Source: Cyclobacteriaceae bacterium
GTDB taxonomy: Bacteria; Bacteroidota; Bacteroidia; Cytophagales; Cyclobacteriaceae
Direction: 5' to 3'
DNA length: 64,000 nt
NCBI GenBank assembly: GCA_965229785.1
Contig: CBDDJS010000001.1
Location: 7,744,677-7,808,676 of the forward strand
Of the stretch, positions 19,685 through 29,298 are shown one piece after another (position 1 is the first letter of the stretch; each line of letters starts with the position of its first letter). Below the pieces are notes generated by a model that saw only the letters and a program-made list of their open reading frames with translations, made no database searches and was not told where the DNA came from. The translations under genes and the position numbers were made by a program.

Positions 19685-20857
19685 TTAGTCCCTGACTAAG
19701 ACTTCACTACCGGCCACTTCCCTCAGCTTCTTTACCATTTCCGCGCAAAGCACATCCCAACTTTGGTCTTGCGCGTATGTTACCGCGTTTTTGCCAAACT
19801 TTTGGTGAAGTTCAGAGTCATTCAGGATCTCATTGATCCTTTCGTAAAAAGCTTCTTCGTTCTTCGGTTCCACCACATACCCTGCTTCACTTCGTGTAAC
19901 GATCCCTTTGGGTCCTCCGGCAGCTGCCGCTACTACTGGAAGACCACTGGCCATGGCTTCAAGTACTACATTTCCAAACGTCTCAGTGGTTGAAGGAAAC
20001 ATAAAAACATCTGCGGTGGCATAGAGCCGGGCCAATTCCTCTTTGGTTTGTTTGCCTGTGAAAATGGCGTTAGGCATTCTTTTCTCCATATAGCCTTTGA
20101 ACGGACCATCTCCGGTGATCATGAAAGTGACATCTGATCGACGTTCTTCGAACAGGCGATTGGTGCGAATGATCGTATCCAGTTCTTTTTCCTTTACCAG
20201 TCTGCTAACGAAAAGTACGATCTTTTTGTCTTCCAGACCGTATGAAGCCCTAAGGTCATCACTGCGATAGGAAGGATCGAAATGTTGGGCATTGATACCT
20301 CTTCGGAAGTATTCGATTTTTGAATCTTCCACACCCAATTCGATCAGGAATTGCCGCATGGGTTCGCTGGGGACAAAGGTTGTATTCACCTGTGTGTAAT
20401 ACCATCGACTTAGCCTTAGGGCAACATTGCCCAGCAGTTTTTCCAGTGGCTTGAAAAATCCAAAATAGTACTCCATATAGGAGTAAAAGTGCGTGTGATA
20501 GGTGGTAGTGACCGGAAGGTTATGTCGCTCTGCATATTTAATGGCGTACTTCCCCATAAGGGTTGGCGAAGTGAAATGCATCAGATGTGGCTTAAAATCC
20601 TCAAGGATCTGGTCCAGGTTTTTCATGCGTCCCGGTAATCCTATCCTATAATCCTTATACAAGAACCACGAAAAATACGGACATTGATAGACGGGAAACG
20701 GGAAATCGTCCTGCGATGGGGGATAGGTTGTGATAAATATCGCTTCAACCTGATCTTTTGGGATCCTATGCGCCAATTGGTGCATGGTATTGCTTACCCC
20801 ATCAAAGTGTCGTTCGAGGATGTCGACAAAAAATACGATCCGGGTTTTTTCAGACAT
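19685..20857 (-). CDS. glycosyltransferase family 4 (GT-B fold)
   Basis: 390 aa. The C-terminal FPSTTETFGNVVLEAMASGLPVV block (E-x7-E) is typical of GT4. Confidence 0.85.
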   Translation of the reverse strand: MSEKTRIVFFVDILERHFDGVSNTMHQLAHRIPKDQVEAIFITTYPPSQDDFPFPVYQCPYFSWFLYKDYRIGLPGRMKNLDQILEDFKPHLMHFTSPTLMGKYAIKYAERHNLPVTTTYHTHFYSYMEYYFGFFKPLEKLLGNVALRLSRWYYTQVNTTFVPSEPMRQFLIELGVEDSKIEYFRRGINAQHFDPSYRSDDLRASYGLEDKKIVLFVSRLVKEKELDTIIRTNRLFEERRSDVTFMITGDGPFKGYMEKRMPNAIFTGKQTKEELARLYATADVFMFPSTTETFGNVVLEAMASGLPVVAAAAGGPKGIVTRSEAGYVVEPKNEEAFYERINEILNDSELHQKFGKNAVTYAQDQSWDVLCAEMVKKLREVAGSEVLVRD

Positions 20858-20958
20858 GTTGACTTATCGATACCACAACGGCAAAAATAGAGGAATGATT
20901 CACTGAGCGCTATTTTTGATTGAAGCAAATGAGGTAACTTGTCTGGATAATTTAAGAT

Positions 20959-21927
20959 ATGCAAGCAATCTACGTTGAAGACTATAGTGCCTGGCCAAAA
21001 CTTGGCTACGGTGAACTGGAAGACCCTCAGGTGAAAAAGGGACATGTGGTGGTGGATGTGAAATACGCGGGGGTGAATTTCCCGGATATGCTTATTGCGA
21101 AAGGGTTGTATCAATTCAAACCAGAACTACCGTTTTCTCCCGGTGGAGAAGTGGCCGGTATCGTCAGTGCTGTAGGAGAAGGGGTAGAACATTTATCGGT
21201 AGGCGATCGAGTGATAGGGGCCAATTCTCATGGCGGATTTGCGGAAAAAGTTTTGCTTCATGCCGGAAGCGTTTATCCACTTCCGGAAGCCATTGAATTG
21301 AAAGCGGCTTCATGCTTGCTGGAAACGTATGCAACGGCTATTCATGCACTGAAAGATCGGGCTAATGCCAGGGAAGGGGAGAGATTGTTGGTATTGGGGG
21401 CAGCCGGAGGAACAGGAATTGCCGCCATTCAGGTTGGGAAAGCCATGGGTATGGAAGTGATAGCTGCATGTTCTACCCAGGAGAAAATAGACCTGTGTCT
21501 TCGGAATGGAGCAAGCGGAGGGATCAATTATACGGAAAAAGACTTGAAAGAGGAGCTTAAGGCATTGGGTGGTGTCGATGTGATTTTTGATCCGGTGGGT
21601 GGAGATTATGCCGAAGCAGCATTTCGGGGAATTCGTCCTGGTGGAAGGCATTTGGTCATCGGGTTCACCGCTGGTAAAATACCAGCCTTGCCCTGGAATT
21701 TGCCGTTGTTGAAGCAAGCGGCCATCGTTGGTGTGTTTTGGGGAGGGTTTTGGCGTGTAGATCCCAAAGGCAATTACAAGAATGTCATGCAACTCCTGAA
21801 CTGGATGGGTGATGGAAAAATCACCCCACAAATTACGGAAGAACTTCCATTAGCGGAAGCAGCGAAAGCGCTACAAAAGATTGAGAATCGCGAGGTGAAA
21901 GGTAAAATTGTGTTGAAAGTGAACTAG
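20959..21927 (+). CDS. NADPH:quinone oxidoreductase (zinc-type alcohol dehydrogenase superfamily, MDR)
   Basis: 322 aa. PGGEVAGIV, the Rossmann motif VLGAAGGTGIAAIQ and the C-terminal GKIVLKV. Confidence 0.85.
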   Translation: MQAIYVEDYSAWPKLGYGELEDPQVKKGHVVVDVKYAGVNFPDMLIAKGLYQFKPELPFSPGGEVAGIVSAVGEGVEHLSVGDRVIGANSHGGFAEKVLLHAGSVYPLPEAIELKAASCLLETYATAIHALKDRANAREGERLLVLGAAGGTGIAAIQVGKAMGMEVIAACSTQEKIDLCLRNGASGGINYTEKDLKEELKALGGVDVIFDPVGGDYAEAAFRGIRPGGRHLVIGFTAGKIPALPWNLPLLKQAAIVGVFWGGFWRVDPKGNYKNVMQLLNWMGDGKITPQITEELPLAEAAKALQKIENREVKGKIVLKVN

Positions 21928-21940
21928 ATGTCACATTTCG

Positions 21941-22010
21941 AGAGCCTCAATGTGACAACATTTATAGAGCTTCAATGTGACAACATTTATAGAGCCTCAA
22001 TGTGACACAC
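21941..22010. repeat. 25 bp tandem repeat, about 2.8 copies
   Basis: AGAGCCTCAATGTGACAACATTTAT (21941-21965), AGAGCTTCAATGTGACAACATTTAT (21966-21990) and AGAGCCTCAATGTGACACAC (21991-22010). It fills the gap between two convergent stops. The inverted heptamer TGTCACA sits at 21929-21935. Confidence 0.85.
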
Positions 22011-22012
22011 AA

Positions 22013-22915
22013 TTATATCATCTTCTGTCGCTTGATCAAATAAGCACCTAATACTTTATCGAAGGTATCCGCGGTATTGGTTTCAACCAGGTCTACCTTC
22101 AATTGGCCGCATCGGAGTTTTACCTGATCAAAGAATTCGGACATAGCCTCCTGATAACTGCTCTTGATCAGTGCTGGGTTGATTTTCACAGATTCATTGG
22201 TTTCAAGGTCCACAAATTGATACGGTCGATCTTTGAAATCAAATTCCTTTTCCGTTTTATGATCATTGACATGAAACAGGATGACTTCATGTTTCCGATG
22301 CTTCAGGTGTTGCAAGGCCGTAAATAATTCCTCCAGGTCATTGCCCGACTGAAACATGTCTGTAAATATGACGACTAGTGATCGCTTGTGAATTTTGTCC
22401 GCGACTCTGTGGAGAACAGAAGCAATGTCAGAAGTTTCACTTTTAGTGGGTGGCGTGTCCAGCCATGGTGTTAGAATGTTCAATAAGTTGTTCAGGTGAA
22501 TTCTGGTGGATTTTTGTTCTGTTTGCACATCGATGCCTTCTGAAAACGCCGTGACACCAACCGCGTCTCTTTGTTTGACCAACAGGTAGGCCAATGCCGA
22601 AGCGGCATATATAGAGAAGCGAATTTTATCATTTTCGGGTGAGGGATAGTACATGGAGGAACTTGTATCGATCACTAAATGGGCCCGAAGATTGGTCTCT
22701 TCTTCATATTGTTTGGTATAAAGTCGGTCTGTACGAGAAAAAAGTTTCCAATCAATATGACGGGTACTCTCGCCATAATTGTACAGTTTGTGTTCTGCAA
22801 ATTCGACGGAAAATCCGTGATACGGAGACTTGTGCAAACCGGTAATAAATCCCTCTACTAGCTGTCTAGCAAGGAGTTCCAGACTTTCGAACTTCCTGAT
22901 CTCCGTAATGTTCAC
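22013..22915 (-). CDS. DUF58 domain protein (MoxR-associated vWA-like family)
   Basis: 300 aa. SPYHGFSVEFAEHK and RHIDWKLFSRTDRLYTKQYEEE are DUF58 hallmarks. Confidence 0.8.
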   Translation of the reverse strand: MNITEIRKFESLELLARQLVEGFITGLHKSPYHGFSVEFAEHKLYNYGESTRHIDWKLFSRTDRLYTKQYEEETNLRAHLVIDTSSSMYYPSPENDKIRFSIYAASALAYLLVKQRDAVGVTAFSEGIDVQTEQKSTRIHLNNLLNILTPWLDTPPTKSETSDIASVLHRVADKIHKRSLVVIFTDMFQSGNDLEELFTALQHLKHRKHEVILFHVNDHKTEKEFDFKDRPYQFVDLETNESVKINPALIKSSYQEAMSEFFDQVKLRCGQLKVDLVETNTADTFDKVLGAYLIKRQKMI

Positions 22916-23110
22916 TTTGAATTCTGTTTAATGAATGGATTGTTTTATTGAACGATATTAAGCAATATTAGTCTATTGCTTAGATGGCTTTACACGAAAT
23001 AGGTTGATTTATGTTTGTAATAATCGAAATGTAAATACTATCTTTAGAATGATTTTTTTATAACATTGCGAAGTTAATTTTTTTAGTTTCGATCAAATCC
23101 GGCAATTACG

Positions 23111-23455
23111 GTGGAAGACAATAAGGAAAAAAGTAGAGATGAAATCTACTCCGAAAGGGTACGCGCTGGCAAAAGAACTTACTTTTTCGATGTAAAGTCT
23201 ACGAGATCTAACGATTACTATCTGACGATCACAGAAAGCAAGCGTCGTTTTAAGGACGATGGTTTTGTGTATGAAAAGCATAAAATCTTTCTTTATAAGG
23301 AAGACTTCAATAAGTTCATGGAGGCGCTGAATGAAACGGTCAATCACGTGAAAAACGAATTGTTACCGGATGTGGATTTCAGTGAATTCGATCGTACGGA
23401 GGAAGTACACGAAGAAGTAGCTGTCAATGAAGACACAGAACTTAAGTGGGATTAA
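23111..23455 (+). CDS. PUR-alpha-like DUF3276 nucleic-acid-binding protein
   Basis: 114 aa with a GTG start. IYSERVRAGKRTYFFDVKSTRSNDYYLTITESKR...EKHKIFLYKEDFNKF matches the Bacteroidota DUF3276 PUR-repeat pattern. Confidence 0.7.
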   Translation: MEDNKEKSRDEIYSERVRAGKRTYFFDVKSTRSNDYYLTITESKRRFKDDGFVYEKHKIFLYKEDFNKFMEALNETVNHVKNELLPDVDFSEFDRTEEVHEEVAVNEDTELKWD

Positions 23456-23482
23456 CCTGAACTAACCAAAATCTATATAGAT

Positions 23483-23510
23483 GCCCCTTTCTTCTGATTG
23501 GGGCTTTTTT
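23483..23510 (+). terminator. intrinsic terminator after the PUR-like gene
   Basis: GCCCC-12 nt loop-GGGGC followed by TTTTTT. Confidence 0.65.
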
Positions 23511-23565
23511 ATGTCATTAAGATCAGGGCTATGATTAATGAAATTCCATTGTGCCTTTGATATTG

Positions 23566-24123
23566 CTATAAGTCCCTTCTTCTCAATCCTGGCAGAGGAT
23601 TGGGGTTTAGGATCGCCTGATTCTGAAGCATTGCTTTCAGCGTATCCAATTGCTTGGATAAGTCACCAATATGTTGATTGAGGCTATCTAAGCTAAGTGT
23701 TTTATTGCTGATGCCAATTAATGAGTCAATTTGCGCATCGATTTTTAAAGTGATGGTATCAGCCCTGAGAATACGCGCACTAATGGTATCGAGTTTAAAC
23801 AAAAGCTGCCTTACTGAATCTCTGTAACTGGGATTGAAAAGCGTTGCATCGATGTTATCAATTTTAGATAATGGAAATTCAATGTTCTTTCGAAAGTATG
23901 CCAACTTAAAAGCCTCTACTTTTTCTGCATCATGTTCAATAGAATCCGGGATATCTGGAATCGCGATCTTCTCATCATAAGTAAAGACGAAATTCACATT
24001 GCTGACTAGTCGTTGTACACGCTCGGATTCTGAAACACGGTACCCTCCATATGTTAATCCCATTAACATGGCCAGAAGTACCACTGGCCAGAGATAATAA
24101 TATTTTCGAAAATCAGGAAACAT
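23566..24123 (-). CDS. hypothetical membrane-anchored coiled-coil protein
   Basis: 185 aa with one N-terminal TM helix (YYLWPVVLLAMLMGLTYGGY) and a helical C-terminal half. It is divergent from the AAA+ gene across a 66 bp spacer. Confidence 0.55.
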   Translation of the reverse strand: MFPDFRKYYYLWPVVLLAMLMGLTYGGYRVSESERVQRLVSNVNFVFTYDEKIAIPDIPDSIEHDAEKVEAFKLAYFRKNIEFPLSKIDNIDATLFNPSYRDSVRQLLFKLDTISARILRADTITLKIDAQIDSLIGISNKTLSLDSLNQHIGDLSKQLDTLKAMLQNQAILNPNPLPGLRRRDL

Positions 24124-24189
24124 AGTATGCTGGATGCTTGCTGCTAAAAATAAGTATTAAATTGTATACAACCTACAGAAATATGCACG

Positions 24190-25536
24190 ATGAATATTGA
24201 TCCGGATAAGAATTTCCAGGCAATTGGCGCAGAAATGCAATGGTTATCTGAACTCATTGAGTCACGGATCAATCATTATTTCAAGACCTCAGAGACGTTA
24301 ATTCCATTCGATCAAATAGCTCCGCCATCATTTTCGGAAGATACTTATTTGCATCAACTTATAGATCAATTAAGCTTATCAAGACCAGAGAGAATTGTAT
24401 TGTCATTGGCCCTGGCACCACACGTAAGCCCTCAGGTTTTAGATACCTTTTTTATCAAGAATAAAAACTTTGATAGGGGTTTTACGGAGTTTGGAGGAAT
24501 CAAAGGAGTGAATCACGGGGGCTTTCTGCCTACAGGTGAAACGGCATTATTTCTGTTGGCTGGTGATGACATACAGGCGCGGGTATTGTCTAATGAGATT
24601 TTATCTCCCGGAGGTAAACTCCGGGCTCAGGGAATCATAGATTATGGTAAAGTGCCTGACGGTGAGCCCAATGCCAGTGGATTGTTGCAATTGGATAAGG
24701 AGTACGTGAATTATCTGACCACAGGAAAGCCTTATGAGCCCGAAATGAACCATGAATTTCCAGCCAGGAAGATCACAACCTCACTGGAATGGAAGGACCT
24801 TGTGTTAAATGAAGAAACCTGGGACTCCATCACAGAAATTAGAACCTGGCTGGAGCATGAAGAGATGCTAATGAAAGACTGGGGACTTAACCAAAAAGTG
24901 AAAGCCGGTTACCGGTGCTTGTTTTACGGACCACCCGGAACAGGAAAGACCCTCACTGCTACTTTACTTGGAAAAGCCACTGGAATGCCAGTATATCGGG
25001 TAGATTTGAGTCTTGTTGTTTCAAAATACATCGGAGAAACAGAGAAGAATCTTTCCAAAGTATTTGAAGTTGCGGAAAGTAAGAAGTGGATTCTTTTCTT
25101 CGATGAGGCAGATGCCCTTTTCGGGAAGCGGGTGCAGGCCAATTCATCCAATGACCGTTTTGCCAATCAGGAAGTGGCTTTCCTCCTGCAACGGATTGAG
25201 GATTTTAATGGACTGGTGGTACTTGCTTCGAATCTTAAGGGGAACATTGATGAAGCGTTTGCCCGCCGTTTTCAATCCATGATCTACTTTCCATTGCCCG
25301 AAAAAGATGAACGTAAATCACTTTGGGGGTTCTATTTCAATAGCCAGATCCCAAAATCACCAGAAATTGACTTTGAACAATTGGCAGCTGACTATGAAGT
25401 GACCGGAGGTAATATTGTGAATGTGTTGCGATATAGCTGCATCAAAGCAGTAACTACAGAAGATAAATTGATCAGACAAACGGATATAGTTGCGGGATTG
25501 CGGCGGGAGTTTAGACAGCTTGGTAAAACGATTTGA
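24190..25536 (+). CDS. AAA+ ATPase (classic CDC48/FtsH-clade single AAA domain) with about 220 aa N-terminal domain of unknown function
   Basis: Walker A in FYGPPGTGKT, Walker B in ILFFDEADALF, a second region of homology in ASN...DEAFARRF. The size and architecture match the ATPases found next to DUF4157 proteins and in eCIS loci. Confidence 0.85.
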   Translation: MNIDPDKNFQAIGAEMQWLSELIESRINHYFKTSETLIPFDQIAPPSFSEDTYLHQLIDQLSLSRPERIVLSLALAPHVSPQVLDTFFIKNKNFDRGFTEFGGIKGVNHGGFLPTGETALFLLAGDDIQARVLSNEILSPGGKLRAQGIIDYGKVPDGEPNASGLLQLDKEYVNYLTTGKPYEPEMNHEFPARKITTSLEWKDLVLNEETWDSITEIRTWLEHEEMLMKDWGLNQKVKAGYRCLFYGPPGTGKTLTATLLGKATGMPVYRVDLSLVVSKYIGETEKNLSKVFEVAESKKWILFFDEADALFGKRVQANSSNDRFANQEVAFLLQRIEDFNGLVVLASNLKGNIDEAFARRFQSMIYFPLPEKDERKSLWGFYFNSQIPKSPEIDFEQLAADYEVTGGNIVNVLRYSCIKAVTTEDKLIRQTDIVAGLRREFRQLGKTI

Positions 25537-25539
25537 TTT

Positions 25540-26097
25540 TTACTCGTCGTAGGCTATTCCTTCTTTTTTCGCCCGTGCTTCGGAAATCCAGTCAAAGCCA
25601 CTTTCTTCTGCTTCTGATTTGGACATGGACAATGACCAGTACGGTTCTTCTTCATCACCCAAATTAACCACTACCAAGGTGGTATCATCAATTTCCTCTT
25701 CTGCCAGGATCGATACACTGATCACTTTAATGGCTTTGGCAATGACAGGTGTCCAGTCCTTTGAAAAAGTGAGGACATTTTTACTGTTCATGCCTAGCTT
25801 TTTCATTACAGGATCACTGCATGGAGACGGTTTGGATAATTTTTTGTACGTATCGCTGACACTTCCTCTTTTGTTCTTGATCAGCAACTGTGTGGCTTCA
25901 TAGAGCTCATCTTTGATGTCCATGGTGATGAAAAGTGCTCTGCCTTCAGAGTAGTATGTTCCATGGGTATCGTCCTTGAAGGAAATCGAAATACCTTCAG
26001 CGTAGGCATCTTCACTCAGGCCTTTGTAAGCGCCATCACTGTCTGTAACAATTTTTGGATTTTCGAGAGATCCTTCAGCTCTGTAGGCGGGGACCAA
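25540..26097 (-). CDS. hypothetical acidic protein
   Basis: 185 aa ORF with a TTG start (uncertain; the next Met is 58 codons in). It has no TM segment or signal peptide. It lies immediately downstream of the DUF4157 gene on the same strand, and its stop is 3 nt from the convergent AAA+ stop. Confidence 0.5.
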   Translation of the reverse strand: MVPAYRAEGSLENPKIVTDSDGAYKGLSEDAYAEGISISFKDDTHGTYYSEGRALFITMDIKDELYEATQLLIKNKRGSVSDTYKKLSKPSPCSDPVMKKLGMNSKNVLTFSKDWTPVIAKAIKVISVSILAEEEIDDTTLVVVNLGDEEEPYWSLSMSKSEAEESGFDWISEARAKKEGIAYDE

Positions 26098-26129
26098 TTG
26101 ATGGACTGCATTACTGGCGGAAAGTTGTA

Positions 26130-26612
26130 CTAGGCTTTTTTTTTGTCCGCCTTGTGCTGCATGGCTTTAGACCCCATCACATCCGCTTCTTTTTCTAAGG
26201 AGGGACTATCATTCACAGCAACGCCGTTTACAGAAGTGGTTGGTTGAACGCGGCCTTGCTTTTGCTGAACCGTATGCCAGGCCTCATGTGCCAGGTGCTT
26301 TTCCTGTCCGGGACCTAAATGGATACTGGAACCCTGTGCGTAAGCATGCGCTCCAACCGAAGCTGGTTTCGAGGAATTGTAGTGGACCCGAACATCAGAC
26401 ATGTCCATTCCGGAAAGATTTTCTAATCCGGATTTTAAATGATCCGGCATTCCTGTTTTGTTTTCTACTTTCTGAACGATCTCGGCCTGTGTTTGCTGTC
26501 TTGCACTGGCGTCAATTTTCATTTGTAGTTCAGAAACGGGATCTCCATTTACCTCTTGTGAGGCAGGTTTGGTTGTTCTTCTTTCCTGAAAAATGGACGA
26601 TTTCGTTTCCAT
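26130..26612 (-). CDS. DUF4157 domain protein (HExxH zincin-like)
   Basis: 160 aa. The block MDMSDVRVHYNSSKPASVGAHAYAQGSSIHLGPGQEKHLAHEAWHTVQQKQG is the DUF4157 core, with HEAWH as the HExxH motif. Confidence 0.8.
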   Translation of the reverse strand: METKSSIFQERRTTKPASQEVNGDPVSELQMKIDASARQQTQAEIVQKVENKTGMPDHLKSGLENLSGMDMSDVRVHYNSSKPASVGAHAYAQGSSIHLGPGQEKHLAHEAWHTVQQKQGRVQPTTSVNGVAVNDSPSLEKEADVMGSKAMQHKADKKKA

Positions 26613-26704
26613 GCCTTAGCAATTTAGCTATTCGTGAAATTTAAGTCAAGTTTTCGAACAACCGTTTCGGTGATAGTCTCAATGCCATAGGCTATTTTTA
26701 ACGG

Positions 26705-27850
26705 ATGTCATGGACTGAAATTACCAATGCGCCCGGGTATGTGGTGTTGATACTTGTTTTCAATGTCTGGTTGTGTGAGTGGTTATGTAAGCACACTCGT
26801 CTCAGGGTAGTAAGTTCTTCTTTGCTGGTCATTATCCTGACGGCCTTGATGGCCAATTTGACGATACTGCCATCGGCAAGTAACCCCAGTATGGTATATG
26901 ATTTCATTTTCCAGTACATCGCGCCGTTAAGTATTTTTTTTCTTCTTCTAGGGGTCAAACTGATCGATGTGAAAAAAGCGGGCGTTCCCATGACCATAGG
27001 TTTTTTGCTGGGAGCCGCAGGTACGTTTGTTGGGAGCCTGGTCTCTATGTGGGTTTTCGATGGAGAAGCGCTCTTTGGGGATAAATTTTATGCCGTAGGA
27101 GGTATGATGACCGGAACTTATACTGGTGGTAGTGTGAATTTTAATGCCATCGCACTTCACTATGATGTGGTCCGCGATGGTGCCATTTACATTGGAGTGG
27201 TAGTGGCGGATAACATTATTACGACCTTATGGATGGTCGTGACGATTTCCGCACCCGCTTTTTTGCGAAAGTACTTCCCGGATAAAGAATCCAGGTCAGG
27301 TATCAATGAAGAAACAACAGTGGATGAAGTAGAATCCATAAGTCCGCAATCTATGGCCGCGTTGATTGCCCTTGGATTGGGAACGGTATTGTTGTCCAAT
27401 TTTTTGCAAGAGCTCACGACGGTCCCTTCGGTACTCATTTTAACCACAATCGCCCTGATCCTCGCACAAACGAAAATCATTCAGCAATTAGTAGGAGCCA
27501 AGGTGCTGGGTTTACTTAGTGTGTATCTGTTTTTGGCAGTTGTTGGTGCCTATTGCGAGATTGGCGCCTTAACGGAAGTGGGAGACAAAGCCATCTCTAT
27601 CTTCGGATTTACCCTGTTGATTGTTCTGATCCATGGTCTGATCATTTTTGGAGGGGGAAGACTCTTCAAACTGGACTGGAGTTTGTTATCCATCAGTTCG
27701 CAGGCTAACATCGGCGGGGCTTCCACGGCATTGGCCTTATCAAGAAGTCTCAAAAGAGAAGACCTGTTGCTCCCTGCAATTTTGATGGGAACTGTGGGCG
27801 CAGCACTCGGTACTTACCTTGGTTTTTTTGTGTCCTATCTGCTTCAATAA
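26705..27850 (+). CDS. DUF819 family integral membrane protein
   Basis: 381 aa with about 10-11 hydrophobic helices. TGGSVNFNA and QANIGGASTALA blocks are as I recall for DUF819. Confidence 0.65.
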   Translation: MSWTEITNAPGYVVLILVFNVWLCEWLCKHTRLRVVSSSLLVIILTALMANLTILPSASNPSMVYDFIFQYIAPLSIFFLLLGVKLIDVKKAGVPMTIGFLLGAAGTFVGSLVSMWVFDGEALFGDKFYAVGGMMTGTYTGGSVNFNAIALHYDVVRDGAIYIGVVVADNIITTLWMVVTISAPAFLRKYFPDKESRSGINEETTVDEVESISPQSMAALIALGLGTVLLSNFLQELTTVPSVLILTTIALILAQTKIIQQLVGAKVLGLLSVYLFLAVVGAYCEIGALTEVGDKAISIFGFTLLIVLIHGLIIFGGGRLFKLDWSLLSISSQANIGGASTALALSRSLKREDLLLPAILMGTVGAALGTYLGFFVSYLLQ

Positions 27851-27927
27851 GCAGATATGAAATCTTTTACTTCCTCAGAGAAACTCCTGAGGACTCTGAA
27901 GTTTACGACAGGTGCAGGATTAAGATT

Positions 27928-27962
27928 TTGATCAGAGTCCTTTTTCAAGTAACTCTGATCAA
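27928..27962. terminator. 11 bp perfect hairpin between convergent DUF819 and pgk (possible bidirectional terminator)
   Basis: TTGATCAGAGT (27928-27938), a 13 nt loop, then ACTCTGATCAA (27952-27962). There is only a weak T tract on the plus side. Confidence 0.4.
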
Positions 27963-27993
27963 TTTACAATTCTTCGCTTCCCGGAGAAAACTG

Positions 27994-29181
27994 CTATCCT
28001 TCCAAAGCCGCAACACCAGGGAGCACTTTGCCTTCCATGTATTCCAGTAATGCGCCGCCACCGGTGGATACATAAGATACCTGATCTCCGTAGCCCAGGT
28101 TATTTACTGCGGCAGCAGAATCACCTCCACCGATCAGTGAGAAACCTCCATTGTTTGTGGCTTCTACCACTGCTTGGGCTACTTTATTGGTGCCATTGGC
28201 GAAATTGCTCATTTCGAAGACGCCCATCGGTCCGTTCCAAAGGATGGTTTTCGATGATTTGATCAAATTGGCAAATACTTCTGAAGACTCGGGACCAAGA
28301 TCCAGTCCCATCCATCCATCAGCGATACTGTAGTTATCGGCTACTTTGGTATTGGCATGGTTGTCGAAAGCGTCTGCGATTACCGAATCCTTCGGCAATT
28401 CCAGGTTTACGCCCTTTTCTTTGGCTTTCTTGATCAGGTCTTTGGCAAGTTCAAGTTTATCTTCTTCGACCAGTGAATTTCCGATAGAACCACCCATGGC
28501 TTTGAAGAAAGTATAAGACATACCACCACCAATGATGAGGTTGTCAACCTTGTCCAGCAATCTTTCGATGATAAGGATCTTATCAGAGATTTTGGCGCCT
28601 CCCATGATTGCTGTGAAAGGCTGTTCTGCATTTTCCAGTACTTTCTTGGCATTGTCGAGTTCCGCGCTCATTACGTATCCACAGCACTTATCCGTAAAAT
28701 GTTTGGCAACGATCGTTGTGGAAGCGTGAGCCCGGTGAGCTGTTCCGAAAGCATCATTTACGTAGATAGTACCAAGTTTGGCTAAAGACGCGGCAAAATC
28801 TTCGTCACCTTTGGTCTCCTGCTTGTAGAAACGAACATTTTCCAAGAGCAGCACATCTCCACCGGTTAAGGCAGCTGCTTTTTCTTCTGCTTCGTTACCA
28901 ATACAATCGCTTGAGAATTGTACTTCGACACCCAGTTTTTCTGAAAGGTTAGGAACGATGTGCTTGAGAGAAAACTTTTCCTCCGGTCCTTCTTTTGGCC
29001 TGCCCAGATGGCTCATCAAAATAGCGGACCCTCCGTCAGCGATGATTTTCTTTATCGTCGGAATGGCTGCTTTGATTCTTGTCTCATCGGTGACTTCAAA
29101 TGAAGCATTCAAAGGAACATTGAAGTCAACCCTGATCAGTGCTTTCTGTCCGCTGAAGTTAAAATCATCTATCGTTTTCAT
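27994..29181 (-). CDS. pgk: phosphoglycerate kinase
   Basis: 395 aa. RVDFNVP, HLGRPKG-like [10 protein letters not shown], and GGGDS/STGGGA blocks; full-length. Confidence 0.95.
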   Translation of the reverse strand: MKTIDDFNFSGQKALIRVDFNVPLNASFEVTDETRIKAAIPTIKKIIADGGSAILMSHLGRPKEGPEEKFSLKHIVPNLSEKLGVEVQFSSDCIGNEAEEKAAALTGGDVLLLENVRFYKQETKGDEDFAASLAKLGTIYVNDAFGTAHRAHASTTIVAKHFTDKCCGYVMSAELDNAKKVLENAEQPFTAIMGGAKISDKILIIERLLDKVDNLIIGGGMSYTFFKAMGGSIGNSLVEEDKLELAKDLIKKAKEKGVNLELPKDSVIADAFDNHANTKVADNYSIADGWMGLDLGPESSEVFANLIKSSKTILWNGPMGVFEMSNFANGTNKVAQAVVEATNNGGFSLIGGGDSAAAVNNLGYGDQVSYVSTGGGALLEYMEGKVLPGVAALEG

Positions 29182-29298
29182 TTCAAAATGGTTTATTCAT
29201 TGCAAATGTTGCACGAAAATGAGTGCTTTTAATTAAACGCCAAAACGATCCAGATGAATTTTTGATGAAATCGAAATGAAAAGGTTTTCGCCTCTATC

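Noticed and set aside
21310-21831. Long antisense ORFs inside well-supported genes, for example 21310..21831 (173 aa), 7614..8129 (171 aa), 32072..32686 (204 aa), 49543..49965 (140 aa) and 6176..6586 (136 aa).
   Set aside because: They lie wholly within genes that have strong family motifs on the opposite strand. They have Ser/Arg/Leu/Pro-skewed shadow-ORF composition and show no motifs of their own.
21941-22010. Possible CRISPR array, based on short direct repeats.
   Set aside because: The 25 bp units abut directly with no spacers, there are fewer than three copies, and no cas genes are in the window. It is a simple tandem repeat.
26095-26135. Stop-codon read-through or fusion between the DUF4157 ORF and the downstream 185 aa ORF.
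   Set aside because: I worked out the codon phase by hand. The TAG at 26130-26132 and the TTG start at 26095-26097 are in different frames, so these are two separate ORFs.
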